Assembly: GCA_002633005.1 (NCBI GenBank)
Contig: NMRA01000011.1
Span: 1,562,555-1,626,554 of the forward strand
Source: Phoronis australis
Taxonomy: Eukaryota > Animalia > Phoronida
Length of the DNA stretch: 64,000 nt
Reading direction: 5' to 3'
Shown: piece by piece, positions 27,794-38,962 of the stretch
How the letters are laid out: each line of letters starts with the position of its first letter
Numbering within the stretch: the stretch's first letter is position 1
Made by a program: the position numbers and the translations under genes
The notes under the pieces: generated by a model
Databases searched by the model: none
What the model was told of the DNA's origin: nothing
What the model saw: the letters and a program-made list of their open reading frames with translations, nothing else

Positions 27794-29102
27794 AGGCGAA
27801 GCCAAACTTTTTTCATGTCATTTCTAGAAAAAAATAGGTTTCGTTGATTATCTCAGACACATATTTCACTTAATGACAGCTTTTCGTAATTGATTAATTT
27901 CTCGTCCTCTACTCCGGAAGTGACGTTTTGGGAGGCAAGAGTTTCGCGCCATTTTTTTATTATAGTCTGACTGTGAGAGCTGTCGAGTAAATCATTGTTC
28001 TCCCTCGGTTGTCATAAGTTTGGTCGTCGTTTGCTTTTGTTTACAAGTCAGTCAACATGCCACGCTGTTGCTGCGTGCCGGGATGCACTCATTATCGTCT
28101 CACATGCGCTTTGGGTACATTACATTGCTTTCCGAAGGATGACACACTTCGTCGTACTTGGCTAGCTCGTTCATGTGAAGAACGCAACGCTACCCGTCCA
28201 CGCAACGAACAAAGCAGTGGAGGGTTACCGAGTGTGCGGTAAGCATTTTCTGCCGTCAGATTACCACAGAGATGTCTACCCTGAATTGATGAAAGTCCCT
28301 GCGAAGCAACGCCTGAAGAAGGGTTCCATACCGTCGCTCTTGATTCCTGGTAATGCTCCGTCGCCAACCCAGAGAATTGCGTTTTTGAAGCGAGAAGCCT
28401 CGCGAGCTGTGGCCACTATATACAGTGACTGGTGGCACTTTATCTACTGCCACCCGTGCCTCCGAACGTACCTCAGAGCGTGCAATTCCGGGAACTAGCA
28501 GTGATTCGCCCTGTGCTGTTGTCTCTAGCCCAGAGCCTGTAAGCAGCCCTGCGATGTTGAGTAGTGGGAGTAAACACAGGCCCAGTTCGACACCCAGTGA
28601 AGAGAACAGTTCGTCATCCAATGAACAGATCGGTGAGCCTAAGTTTCATAAGTTTGTTGTGGACTTGTATTGGAGCTATTTAGAAGGTGCCAGGTGTGTG
28701 GCTAGGGAGTCACAGTTTGGGTGCTCAGATCACTCTCAGTCCAGTGGGAGTGTGTCGTGGGACACTCGGGCAAGTGGGACAGTTCTTCCTCTGTACACTG
28801 TACGTGAGACGAGAATGAGTACGCAGCAACAGCGTGGCATGTTGACTGACTCGTAAGCAAAAGAAAACGACGACAGAACTTATTACAACTGAGGTAGAAC
28901 AATGACTCGACTGCTCTCACAATCAGACTATATGTGAAAACAATTGGCGCGAAATTCTTACCTCCCAAAACGTCACTTCCGGATTAGACGACGCGTAATT
29001 AATTAAATTACGAAAAGCTGTAAATAAGTGAAAAATATGTCTGGGATAATCAACGAACCTTATTTTTGATACAAATGACATGAAAAAAGGTTGCCTTTGC
29101 CT
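27794..29102 (+). mobile_element. Kolobok-like non-autonomous DNA transposon with ~310-bp imperfect TIRs
   Basis: TTAA at 27790-27793 and 29103-29106; AGG...CCT termini; left arm ~27794-28103 is the inverted match of ~28804-29102; THAP coding sequence inside. Confidence 0.8.
28057..28360 (+). pseudogene. THAP zinc-finger domain (transposase N-terminus) with one frameshift
   Basis: MPRCCCVPGC..LHCFPKDDTLRRTWLAR / VKNATLP..YRVCGKHF..RLKKGSIPSL matches the C2CH THAP signature and AVPT-like box; frameshift near 28171. Confidence 0.85.
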
Positions 29103-30276
29103 TTAAGAATCAGTGTATGTTTAATTTACCTAAGAACCGCTTCTTTCGCAAGTTACATGTACCAGTGGTCGTTCTTGCGCCGCTTTGTCCCTTGTAATTA
29201 AATGGAAGTTTTGACTTAGATATTGGGTATTTTTATTCACATTTTATAGGAAATCAGTTAAGCGACATCAAGAAGTTTCATGTGTCGCCCAGATTTAAAT
29301 TAGGTTTTCTAAAATTAGAATTTGTAGTTTCGTTTTTACAATTTGAATTAAGTTGGAAAAATGTCTTTTTGTTGCAGAGTCTGCCTTAAGCTCGAGTTAC
29401 AGGCTATCGCACATGGTTTCTGTGGGATGTTCGCGTAGCGCACGCACTAGAGAAAANAACAATTGGCGCGAAATTCTTACCTCCCAAAACGTCACTTCCG
29501 AATTAGACGACGCGTAATTAATTAAATTACGAAAAGCTGTAAATAAGTGAAAAATATGTCTGGGATAATCAACGAACCTTATTTTTGATACAAATGACAT
29601 GAAAAAGGTTGCCTTTGCCTTTAAGAATCAGTGTATGTTTAATTTACCTAAGAACCGCTTCTTTCGCAAGTTACATGTACCAGTGGTCGTTCTTGCGCCG
29701 CTTTGTCCCTTGTAATTAAATGGAAGTTTTGACTTAGATATTGGGTATTTTTATTCACATTTTATAGGAAATCAGTTAAGCGACATCAAGAAGTTTCATG
29801 TGTCGCCCAGATTTAAATTAGGTTTTCTAAAATTAGAATTTGTAGTTTCGTTTTTACAATTTGAATTAAGTTGGAAAAATGTCTTTTTGTTGCAGAGTCT
29901 GCCTTAAGCTCGAGTTACAGGCTATCGCACATGGTTTCTGTGGGATGTTCGCGTATTACGCACGCACTAGAGAAAACTCTAAGCTGTCAACCTTTGCATG
30001 TACTCCCACTGAGGCAGGGTACCGGAAGTACTTATCTGAATCTTACCGAAGAACACTGCGGAGCTTTCTATTTTTAGCTTGGAAGCCCGATTCAAGTAGC
30101 AAATTTATTTGATAGTATGTAATGATAACTCATTGCTCCACTCGTCTGATGGCAGGAGTTGTTTCGAATAATTGTTTGTGGTACATGGCTACACAGTTTG
30201 CTACTTTCTTACTGAGGAGTTGTTGAAAGCAAACCACTTTTCCGAATTATTGCTTCATTTCCCCCATTCAAATACA

Positions 30277-30725
30277 CAAGGGTGGAATCAACAAGTGGTC
30301 GGACTTCAAAATCACTTGACCAGACTTCAAAACCGGTGTTCCAACTTGCATGGTGGTCGGACCTAAAAACAGGTTGGTCGGTACCTCAAAACTAGATGGC
30401 CGCGCCCAAAAAACTGGTTGGCCGGACCTAAAACGGGTTGGCTGGTGCTCAAACACGATGCCCGAACAAATCGCCGATTCATTGAACAAAGTGAACAAAC
30501 GGGTACGAAAAATAAACATTAGGTGTCACTTGAATCCTTCGAGACATTCATAGCGTCTTTGAGGAAGTCCGGTGGTCGCATTTGACCACCGGCCAAATGG
30601 TTATAGCACCGTCTATCATGTTTTGGGTCCAGCCAACTATTTTTTGGTCAGGCCATGGCGTTTGGAAGTCCGTACAGCACGTTTGATCTCCGGCCATTGT
30701 GTTTTGCAGTTCAGCCGACTGGACA
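30277..30725. mobile_element. CAAGG-terminus MITE, right end truncated
   Basis: Begins caagggtggaatc..gtcggacttcaaaa; internal inverted symmetry; related to 40617-41058. Confidence 0.55.
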
Positions 30726-30743
30726 AAAGCTTTTTTAAACCGA

Positions 30744-30948
30744 CCAATGGGGCTATTCGGAAAATTTACAGTAACTAGAGGGCGCTCGTGTACTAGTGGT
30801 GATAGATTAAGCAGCCTCGATATCGCGAGCCCTTTAAATACATGGTGAAATGGCTTGCAGCCGTGCCAACTGAATCTGAGATTGCGTGAAAAGGGTGCTT
30901 CAGTGAAAGGAAGTAAGGCAGCACGACGTACCTTATACAAAGGTAAGG
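30744..30948 (+). promoter_or_regulatory. Candidate promoter and non-coding first exon for the 32145 ORF
   Basis: CCAAT ~30744, TCGCGA ~30823, TTTAAATA ~30833, donor AAG|GTAAGG at 30942/30943; candidate acceptor tcttcatag at 32013. Confidence 0.4.
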
Positions 30949-31139
30949 TTTGTGATTATTTTAACGATTATTTCATGTTTCTTCTACCGATGCCTGTTTA
31001 CTGAGGTTCTCCCCGATGTCGACTTCGCGGCAGTCGCCAGTCGGATTAATCTTTGTTTGATGTGATGTGTGTTACGATACTTGACGCAGCACTCGGACTC
31101 ATCGGCTTCCTGGGTCAGCTGACATCTCCATTTTGTCCA

Positions 31140-31330
31140 TAAACCGTGTTTGGTGGTCCGTTAACCTTGTTTCCTCGGGAATACGAGTCCGTGTACCGTG
31201 TATTTGGGTGCGTGGATCGTGTTTTGTGAGTCCGTTCCCGTGTTTGTGAGTCAGTGGACGGTGTTTGCAGGTCCGTGAGTCGTGTTCATGCGGCCGTGGG
31301 CCGTGTTTATGAGTCCGTTAACCGTGTAGT
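31140..31330. repeat. ~21-bp GT-rich minisatellite
   Basis: Repeated ccgtgttt(g/a)tgagtccgt-like units. Confidence 0.75.
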
Positions 31331-32144
31331 TTACTGGGTACCTTGAATGTTTCCTTTAAAATATAAACATTATTTGGTAACGAGAGGGAATGAAAGAGAA
31401 CCTTATGGTGAACACGTTACATGCAATCGCCTAAATCTCGGCAATGCTTGTACTTGACGACCCTACGATACTCGTGCTACAAATTCGAGTAAAATCTCGA
31501 GCTTTCGAGATCAGACTCGAACTTAGTGCTGGGGCCTTCAAGTTCAAACTATGATTAAAAAGTTTATATTATGTTTCATTGTAGTGAATAAAGCGACAAT
31601 TTCAAGGAATTTGCGTTCCCAAGTAGTCTAAGGCGTGTCGGCAGCTTCCGACGAACGTTTAAATAATTTAGGTGCCACCAAATCAAGGTTTCATTTCCCA
31701 CCGACAGTCGCTCGGTTTGCGCAACCGCTTGGTCTTCGTAATATGGTTAGTTTCGTTAATCGCCGACAGGATCGAATTCCCCAAACACTCTCGATTTATG
31801 AAATGACTGAATTGATCTACGAATAATGATTGGTTTTAACAAGCTGCACTGAATCTTTTGAACAGGATTGATGTTCTCTGGATATTTTGTTTATGATTGA
31901 AATGAATGATTCCCCACGTTCCATTTCATTGTGACGCCTCCCTTTATCTAAAACGTCAACCTTCACGTATTTATTACGGTGCGTAAGTGCCAACTGGTGA
32001 TATCGTCTTCATAGAGTTTGCCTCTGAGCATACAACAAACTAACAGCAAAGTGTCGTGACGGTGTATATGTGTGAGAGTGCATGGTTTCGCGCATTGAAG
32101 CGTGTCGTTGGTGAGCTTGGACGCACAGCGTGAAATGATTTGAA

Positions 32145-33017
32145 ATGAATGACGCTATAGCAGAACCGGTCGGTTATACTCAGCATGTCTCTACAAATGT
32201 CACGAAGAGTATTTTAAAAGTATCTAATGATGGACAAATTGAAGCTAAGAGTACTGGGGCAATTAGCTTCAATCGAGAATCTTCAAAAAAGATGTCCATC
32301 TCAAAGGGATGCACGTTTTCGGAAACAACGTCAGAAAGAAATTGTCACAGTGGCAGCCGATTGCGGAAGGCAGTTAATAAAAGCAGAAACAAGTACAAAC
32401 CTCTTTTTCTTTTAGATGTCGGCTGTTTTTTCATACCTGTCAGCTCACCCAAGGCACTGTCCTGTTCAGGGGCTATAATGCCCCTTTCATTAAGCCTCGT
32501 CATTCTCACCATTCCACTGTGGGTTACCAGTGCTGAGCTACGACAAGAGGACGACAGCGACATTTACGAAACTTTGGCAGTCGTAGGAGCGACGTTAGGT
32601 GGGGTTTTCCTTTTGATTACTCTCTTCACATTTATTCTTATATTTATTGTTTACAGAAAAATGATTTATCTACGTACTTCAGTCTCCATACACCCCTCAA
32701 TACGAGATATGCTGAGAGCGAAATCACAAGGCAGAGCTGGCTCAAGAGGAAGTCCCTGTTCGTCGAAAACATTGCGAAATCCTGAAAAGGAACCAGAGGA
32801 ACCTAGCAAACGTTTAGTAACTGTCAATGGACCAACAATTAAGTTTTCTAACGTGTCTCGAGGAAGTGACTTGCAGAACTCGTTAGGTAGCTTTGATAAG
32901 AGGAGCAGAAAATCTCTTGGAATGAAAAGTGGGGAAGATAGTTTAAGGAACATCAAGGCAAAAACTGTTGAACTTGTTGTTGTTCGTCCAATGAGCGATG
33001 TACTTTCAGATTGCTAA
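32145..33017 (+). CDS. Uncharacterised membrane protein, 290 aa, single coding exon (paralog A)
   Basis: Long stop-free ORF; hydrophobic MPLSLSLVILTIPLWVTSA and TM LAVVGATLGGVFLLITLFTFILIFIV followed by YRK; AATAAA at 33025-33030; protein-level similarity to the opposite ORF. Confidence 0.8.
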   Translation: MNDAIAEPVGYTQHVSTNVTKSILKVSNDGQIEAKSTGAISFNRESSKKMSISKGCTFSETTSERNCHSGSRLRKAVNKSRNKYKPLFLLDVGCFFIPVSSPKALSCSGAIMPLSLSLVILTIPLWVTSAELRQEDDSDIYETLAVVGATLGGVFLLITLFTFILIFIVYRKMIYLRTSVSIHPSIRDMLRAKSQGRAGSRGSPCSSKTLRNPEKEPEEPSKRLVTVNGPTIKFSNVSRGSDLQNSLGSFDKRSRKSLGMKSGEDSLRNIKAKTVELVVVRPMSDVLSDC

Positions 33018-33224
33018 GCATGCTAATAAAATTGACTGGCATCTTCCTATAGGAACGATTTATATCAAATCATTTACTCGATTAATGAATTGCCTTTTTG
33101 TAACTTTGGTCTGGTAACAGTTGTATTAAAATCATGGAAAATACCGACTGTACATGTATTGTGGATATGAATACCAATAATAGGGCCCTCTGTGTTTATT
33201 TTTGACACCAGGTGGAAAAACGGC

Positions 33225-34412
33225 TTAGACACAAGAATCTTCTGCCTGGCTTTTCCGTGGTGAAGTCGGACTTGTGCATGACTTCTGTGATTGTTTTTCC
33301 CCTCTGCTTATCTGTGTCGATAGTTTCTGAAGTTTACTGTCCGAGATGGGTCTGTAAATGGTGCGTCGAAAAATTATAAAAATTACAAACATTGTTCCTA
33401 TAGATACCAACAAAAACACCCCTGCAAGGGTGCCGCCAACAATGGCTAGCGTGATGTAGACGTCATTTTTATCATTGTCACCTCGTAGCTTTGCACTGGT
33501 CAACCACATTGGAGTAACGAGAATAAAGAATGTTACTGAAACGGGCATAACTCGACCAGAATACAAGAGAATTCTTGGAGAATCCGACCGAACATATCTG
33601 CTCCCAATCCCAAATAAGAATAAGTCCACGAAAAGGCGCGAACTAACTTGTTTTCGAGGCTTGTCGGCCATGTTTTGAGACTTTGTACTACTTTTTCGTT
33701 TTGTTTCTTCTGTTCGCTCATGTACGATAGTTCCCGGATGTTGATGTTTTTTTACTTCAAAATTATTTGGGGAGGCTTTGTTGTGACTTGTTGGTTGGCT
33801 ACCTTGGCGACTGTCATTTTGTTGATTATTTTGAATACCAGACACTGGATTCTTGACGGTATCACTCTTTCTGGGTATTTTTCTATTTATGTGTTTCTTC
33901 TCAGTACTTTGTTTGCTCCACTGTCGCCCATCCAGGCCTCCACGTTGCTGCTGAAATTTGACTGAATGCTTGGTACATTCTCTTATTGACCAACGACTTA
34001 GCTTGCGCTGTCGTTGCTGCTGGCTGCTGCCCTGTTTAATATCAGTTCTTGTCGATTGGTTGGTTTCTAATGTGTCATTATTGCTACCGGGTATTTCTGA
34101 TTTCCTTCTATTCTCAAGATAATTGAGTAAATGTACATGTACATTTTGATTTCCACCCTGCTTGAGTTGACACTCTGGTATGTAATTTTGTTTTCTTTTG
34201 GACAATTCATCGTAATTGTCAATATGCTGATTGTCTGTTTTGTGACACACTTTTTTGTCTTTAACTCCCGGCTCCCTTTCGCTGCATTGATCAGCGCTTT
34301 GCGTAACACGAATGTCTTCCAAGAAGAGAAGGTGTTCTACTCCAGTAGCTAAATGCCCGCTGCTTCGTGAACATTGTTTGTCATCGTTATGCTTTGCACT
34401 CTTCCCTGACAT
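33225..34412 (-). CDS. Uncharacterised membrane protein, 395 aa, single coding exon (paralog B)
   Basis: Long stop-free ORF; K/Q/S-rich N-terminus; MPVSVTFFILVTPMWLTSA and TM LAIVGGTLAGVFLLVSIGTMFVIFIIF followed by RR; minus-strand AATAAA at 33195-33200. Confidence 0.82.
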   Translation of the reverse strand: MSGKSAKHNDDKQCSRSSGHLATGVEHLLFLEDIRVTQSADQCSEREPGVKDKKVCHKTDNQHIDNYDELSKRKQNYIPECQLKQGGNQNVHVHLLNYLENRRKSEIPGSNNDTLETNQSTRTDIKQGSSQQQRQRKLSRWSIRECTKHSVKFQQQRGGLDGRQWSKQSTEKKHINRKIPRKSDTVKNPVSGIQNNQQNDSRQGSQPTSHNKASPNNFEVKKHQHPGTIVHERTEETKRKSSTKSQNMADKPRKQVSSRLFVDLFLFGIGSRYVRSDSPRILLYSGRVMPVSVTFFILVTPMWLTSAKLRGDNDKNDVYITLAIVGGTLAGVFLLVSIGTMFVIFIIFRRTIYRPISDSKLQKLSTQISRGEKQSQKSCTSPTSPRKSQAEDSCV

Positions 34413-35684
34413 GATCTTCGTTGAGTGAACATAAAATGCGGAATACTACCCTTTCACTGAGTTCACAATAATGGTAATTTGAAAATTTAGAATACAACAT
34501 AACCTTGTCATGCTTGGAATAGCAATAACGTGATCGTTAACTCACGTACAGGAATGCTTAATAAACTCACACGGCCATGAACGCGAAATGTTACTAGAGG
34601 TTTTGAAAAATTTGTACCTTACTCAGGTCAATGCGGAAGCCGTTTCTGTTTGAGTGACTATGAAACAAGAATAAAGTCGGCAAAATAGAATAAAATCAAA
34701 CGAAAATACCTCCGAAATTACTTAATTGTTTAAAATCACCAATTCCATATCAAAAACGCAAAGAAACAACCACTCCAGTAAAACTAGCGTCAAATTAGCG
34801 CTCGTAGACACTATCTGAGGATATGTTAATTAGCTGATCTCAGTTCCAAGCATTTATTGCTCGATACATATTAGGTGGAAACGAGACAACCAATCACAGC
34901 TTTAGTCATCCTCCACTGTTATTAGTGTGAAAAGTTGTTAGATATTGCTTTTCGTTTCCCGTGGTATAGGGTATCATAAAGAATGGCGAAGTGTTGCGTT
35001 TGTAGAGGTTATGCCAATTTGGTATTCAACCACGCTGTGACAATTGTTACTGTTTCGCAGGGCATCAGAGAAGCGTGGGTATGGCACACGTTTATACAAG
35101 AAACTCGCGTGTTGGTGGACATGACACAGTTCAAACGTACGTCACATTCAAGTCCGTGGAGCATAGTGCCCGATTGCATGAGGCAGTCCAAATTTGGGAC
35201 TTTACTAAGTTTCCTAAATCTTTTGGGTATGTGTTTCGTTCTATACTCACAGATGTAATATTTTTCTATCATTTTATCTTTATTAAGAGCTCCTCTTTGA
35301 TTATTGACATTTTCTAATACTATCAATAAAAACTGAGCGCTTAATTCAGTCAAAATATTTACGCACTTAGCACGTAAACTAGGGGCGTTGAATGAGTAGA
35401 TCACTACTTATGTTCAATAATATTGAGAACCAACGTAGTGTTCACTCTTGATTTGTATCTAATCCAGAGATTGACTTTCTAATGAAAACAAAACAGTATA
35501 AGAAAGGAAAATCGGTGTTGGCAGCAGTCCACCAAGATACGCAATAGATTTAGGGAAGATAGTTGAGTACGGGACTGTTTCATGCAACCGGGTACAGCCA
35601 GAAACATTCAATGGAGTTTTAATTTTAGTTTGTGTGTGCGTGTGTGTGTATGTGCTATTTCAAGTGTCTGATTCAGACAACTGG

Positions 35685-36065
35685 CAACTATGGCTACAGT
35701 CCATATGCGAGTGATATCCCAGACGACCGACAGTGGCACTGCGCGCTACCTCTCCGATTTCGTCGTCTGCTCCACCGTGAAATGAAGAAAATTACTCCAT
35801 TTTTTCAAATAAAACGGAAGCTGAGTGACTATGGAGAAATACACTCTTTCACAGTGGTACGAAACTTTTCAGTATAGGTGGAGCTTTGTCGGAGAGTAAT
35901 GGAGAATCAGAAGGTGCTGGTAAGACGTAAATTTTAATCGAAACTTCAGTGAATTACTCCGAATCTCATAATTCTCTCTTTGTCAAACATTAAACTTATG
36001 ACGATTTGCAAAGCAAGCGCGTGGTTAATGCCAACACGAAAAAAGGATTTGGTCTTTTGGGCAAC
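35685..36065 (+). mobile_element. Internal fragment of the DNA transposon family at 50494-51460
   Basis: Aligns by eye with ~50716-51030, including a shared GCTG|GTAAGA donor. Confidence 0.65.
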
Positions 36066-36294
36066 TTAAAGAGGTCCCGCCATGTATTTCCTTAGATTTT
36101 GAGGTTTCGGTTAGCTAATATGAATTGAATACCATAAAATCTAACTAAATAAGCACTTTTATGCCAAATAATCGCGATTTTTTTAGTTTTGAAGACAAAT
36201 TTATTAGTTTTTTTCCAAATGATGTAATGGTCAGAAGACGTTTGGTCACTTGATTGTAATGGCGGAACACAGCAGATCAGAAGACGAGGACGAT

Positions 36295-38360
36295 TTCCAG
36301 GATTGCCAAAGAAATTACCATGCCCTTGACCAAACTGTTTAACAAACTTCTTCAGCTAGGTAAATATCCGTCTTCTTGGAAACATGGAATTATGGTCCCT
36401 ATACACAAAAAAGACTCCAAAACTGAAATTTCAAATTATCGCTCAATAACTTTACTTAACACCGTATCCAAAATCTTCGAGAAGATCGTTGCTCAAAGTA
36501 TTCTTACATTTCTCAAACAAAACAACTTGATCTATCATCGTCAATTTGTTTTTTTGCCTTGAAACAGCACCGTGGCACAGTTTGTTGAAATGGTACATGA
36601 CATTCATTTACATTTTGAGAAGGGCGAGAGTGTCAGGTCCATTTTTCAAGATATAGCTTGTGCTTTCAACTGTGTCCCTCACGAACTTCTACTTCACAAA
36701 CTTCGATCCTATGGCATTACTGGTAATCTTTTAACCATGATCACCTCATATCTCTCCGATAGAACATACAGTGTTCGTGTCGACGGCGTACTTTCAACTT
36801 TATCCCCTCCTGGATTTGTACTGTAAACGCAGTTGTACAGCAGGGTAGCGCATTGAGTCTTCTTCTCTTCTTGGATTATATTAATGTCCTTCCTGATAAC
36901 CTGTCATGTAGCACATACCTTTATGCAGATGACACGGCGCTTTTTTATCCCTTTGCAGGGAGCAGCCCTGAAAGTTCTTTGCAGCTTCAACACGACTTAA
37001 ATTAACTCAGCTATTGGTCACAAGAATGGAGAATGAATTTTAAACCAGAAAAAAACGTTGACCTCACCTTCTCCAAATCTATTAATGCTCTCTTTCTTGT
37101 TGACCCGTCTTATGACCTTAAACTTAATGATGAAATCATTCCTAGAAAACAGTCGAACAGACAACTTGGTGTACTGTTAGATGAAAAATTCTCATTCACA
37201 CCTCACGTTCGTGAGCTCGTACAAAAAACCCAGAAACTAATTAACCCACTTAAGCTTGTCTCTCGTCATCTGAATTCTACACATTTAGAAGTTTTGTTCA
37301 AATCCTTTGTACTTTCACACATTGATTATTGTGATATCATATATCAGTCAGCCAATACGGGTGCACTCCAACATTTGGAGAAATTACAGTATCAAGCTGC
37401 CTTACTTATAACCGGAGCTTACAGGGAATCCAATAGTGTTAAGGTTTTGAAAAGTCTCAAGTGGCCCAAACTGTCTACTCCACGCAATCTTCACATAACC
37501 ACATTTACTTTCAAAGTAAAAAACAACGTCAGCAACGCCTCTGTCAAAAAAAATTTGATCTATATACTAGGCAAGGCCATCGTAGTAATTTGAGATCCTC
37601 CACCCCATATGCAATTCCTCCGTCGTTCAGTCAGGCATTCGGAAGGTCTATAGTCATGATGTGCATCAACAACTGGAATTTTCTTCCAGTCTCTGTAAAG
37701 GAAAGCAACTCTTTTACGAGTATAAAAAAATAATTTTATAACTGTTTTTCACAATTTTGATAACTCAGCACCCTTAACTCAATTCTCCCTTCCCTGCGAT
37801 AACGAAATAGCATTTTAGAGATCAAGATGTGGTCTTTTCCTTCAATTCTGACAAGTTTAGGCATAACTTTAGTAATGTTTCTCCAAACTGTAAATGTGGT
37901 GACCATCAATCTTATCCTCATATTTTCTTCAAATGTCCCCTCATCGAATACCTAAGAGACTTACTCTTTCGTGCGCTCAATGAAAACCAATATATTATTA
38001 ATGTTCTCAATTCTTATTATAATATCCCTAGTAAAGTTACATTATAATTGAATGTGGTAGTCCTAACTTTAACGTCGTTCTCAATGAATTCCTCCTAAGC
38101 AAATTTTTATGTACCGTTTATCAATATTGCTGCTTCTGATTTCCATACATGAATCTGTACATGCTTTTGTTTTTATTTATTCGTAATAGCATATCTAAAT
38201 ATTGGAATACTTATATTAGATACTACTTAAATGTATATACCTCTATCTATGTTAGTTTCATTTATGAATTGTTTACAACCCAGATATAATGCTTCGCGAT
38301 TTCTGGGTTTGACATCATTTCTTTGTATGTCTTGTGTATTCTTCAATACATATATATCAC
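36295..38360 (+). mobile_element. 5'-truncated, decayed non-LTR retrotransposon (CR1/L2-group LINE ORF2 RT region and 3' UTR)
   Basis: YPSSWK..VPIHKK..NYRSITLL..SKIFEK; DIACAFNCVPHELLLHKL; QGS..LLF..YIN; YADD at 36922-36933; C-terminal CKCG..H..FKCP; several stops and frameshifts. Confidence 0.92.
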
Positions 38361-38387
38361 TTAAAAAATATAATAAAAAATTCTAGA

Positions 38388-38500
38388 AGTTGTTCTAAAG
38401 CCCCCTCGACACCCTCGACCCCCACATCCCTCGACCAACCGTGGCGATCCGCTTGACCCACCACCCCCTTTAGCCGCGACCTGTGGCAATAGTGGTATTT
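38388..38500 (+). repeat. Terminal fragment of the (cctcgaccc)-rich repeat family
   Basis: ttgttctaaagccccctcgac..cccacatccc matches the start of 43403. Confidence 0.55.
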
Positions 38501-38896
38501 TTGCGCTTTTTACATGTACATATAGCATGATCTTATTACCTCGCTGAGTGGCTTGAAGACTTTTACGCCAAAAGACTTTTAAGTTAAATCTGCCGTCATG
38601 TGGTTGAACAGAGAGGTCGACAATCATTGCCTCGCAGGTTTTTGCGAAAATAGAATCAAAAGAAAAGCACATCCAAGTAAGAAAATCGAAGACTTTTCTT
38701 AAAATGCTCCGAACAACTGTTGGAGTGTTGTTTGAGATAAAATCAATGTAATTCTCAGTTGAAGGTTGGGCCTTTCATCATGATCCATGCTTCATTGTCA
38801 CCAATTTTGTCTCTTCATTGTAATTATTTAGTGTCACGTATGGGACTGTCGTTCACGACGTTTAATGTATTTTACCCCTTATGAAAAATATTCTTG

Positions 38897-38962
38897 CATG
38901 GACGGCGCACTATAGGGGGATGGAGGCTATAGCCCAGTTTTTTCAGTGCTGCACAGCCCATG
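38897..38962. mobile_element. 66-bp CATGG MITE with 5-bp TSD
   Basis: CATGGACGG...CAGCCCATG; TCTTG at 38892-38896 and 38963-38967. Confidence 0.8.

Noticed and set aside
28425-28856. 143-aa Ser-rich ORF inside the Kolobok-like element
   Set aside because: No DDE or other motif and it runs into the right TIR; at most a transposase linker remnant
28939-29976. ~520-bp tandem duplication giving the Kolobok element a second right end
   Set aside because: Units meet at a single N (29457) and differ by a few SNPs/indels, typical of unmerged heterozygous contig overlap; read depth would settle it
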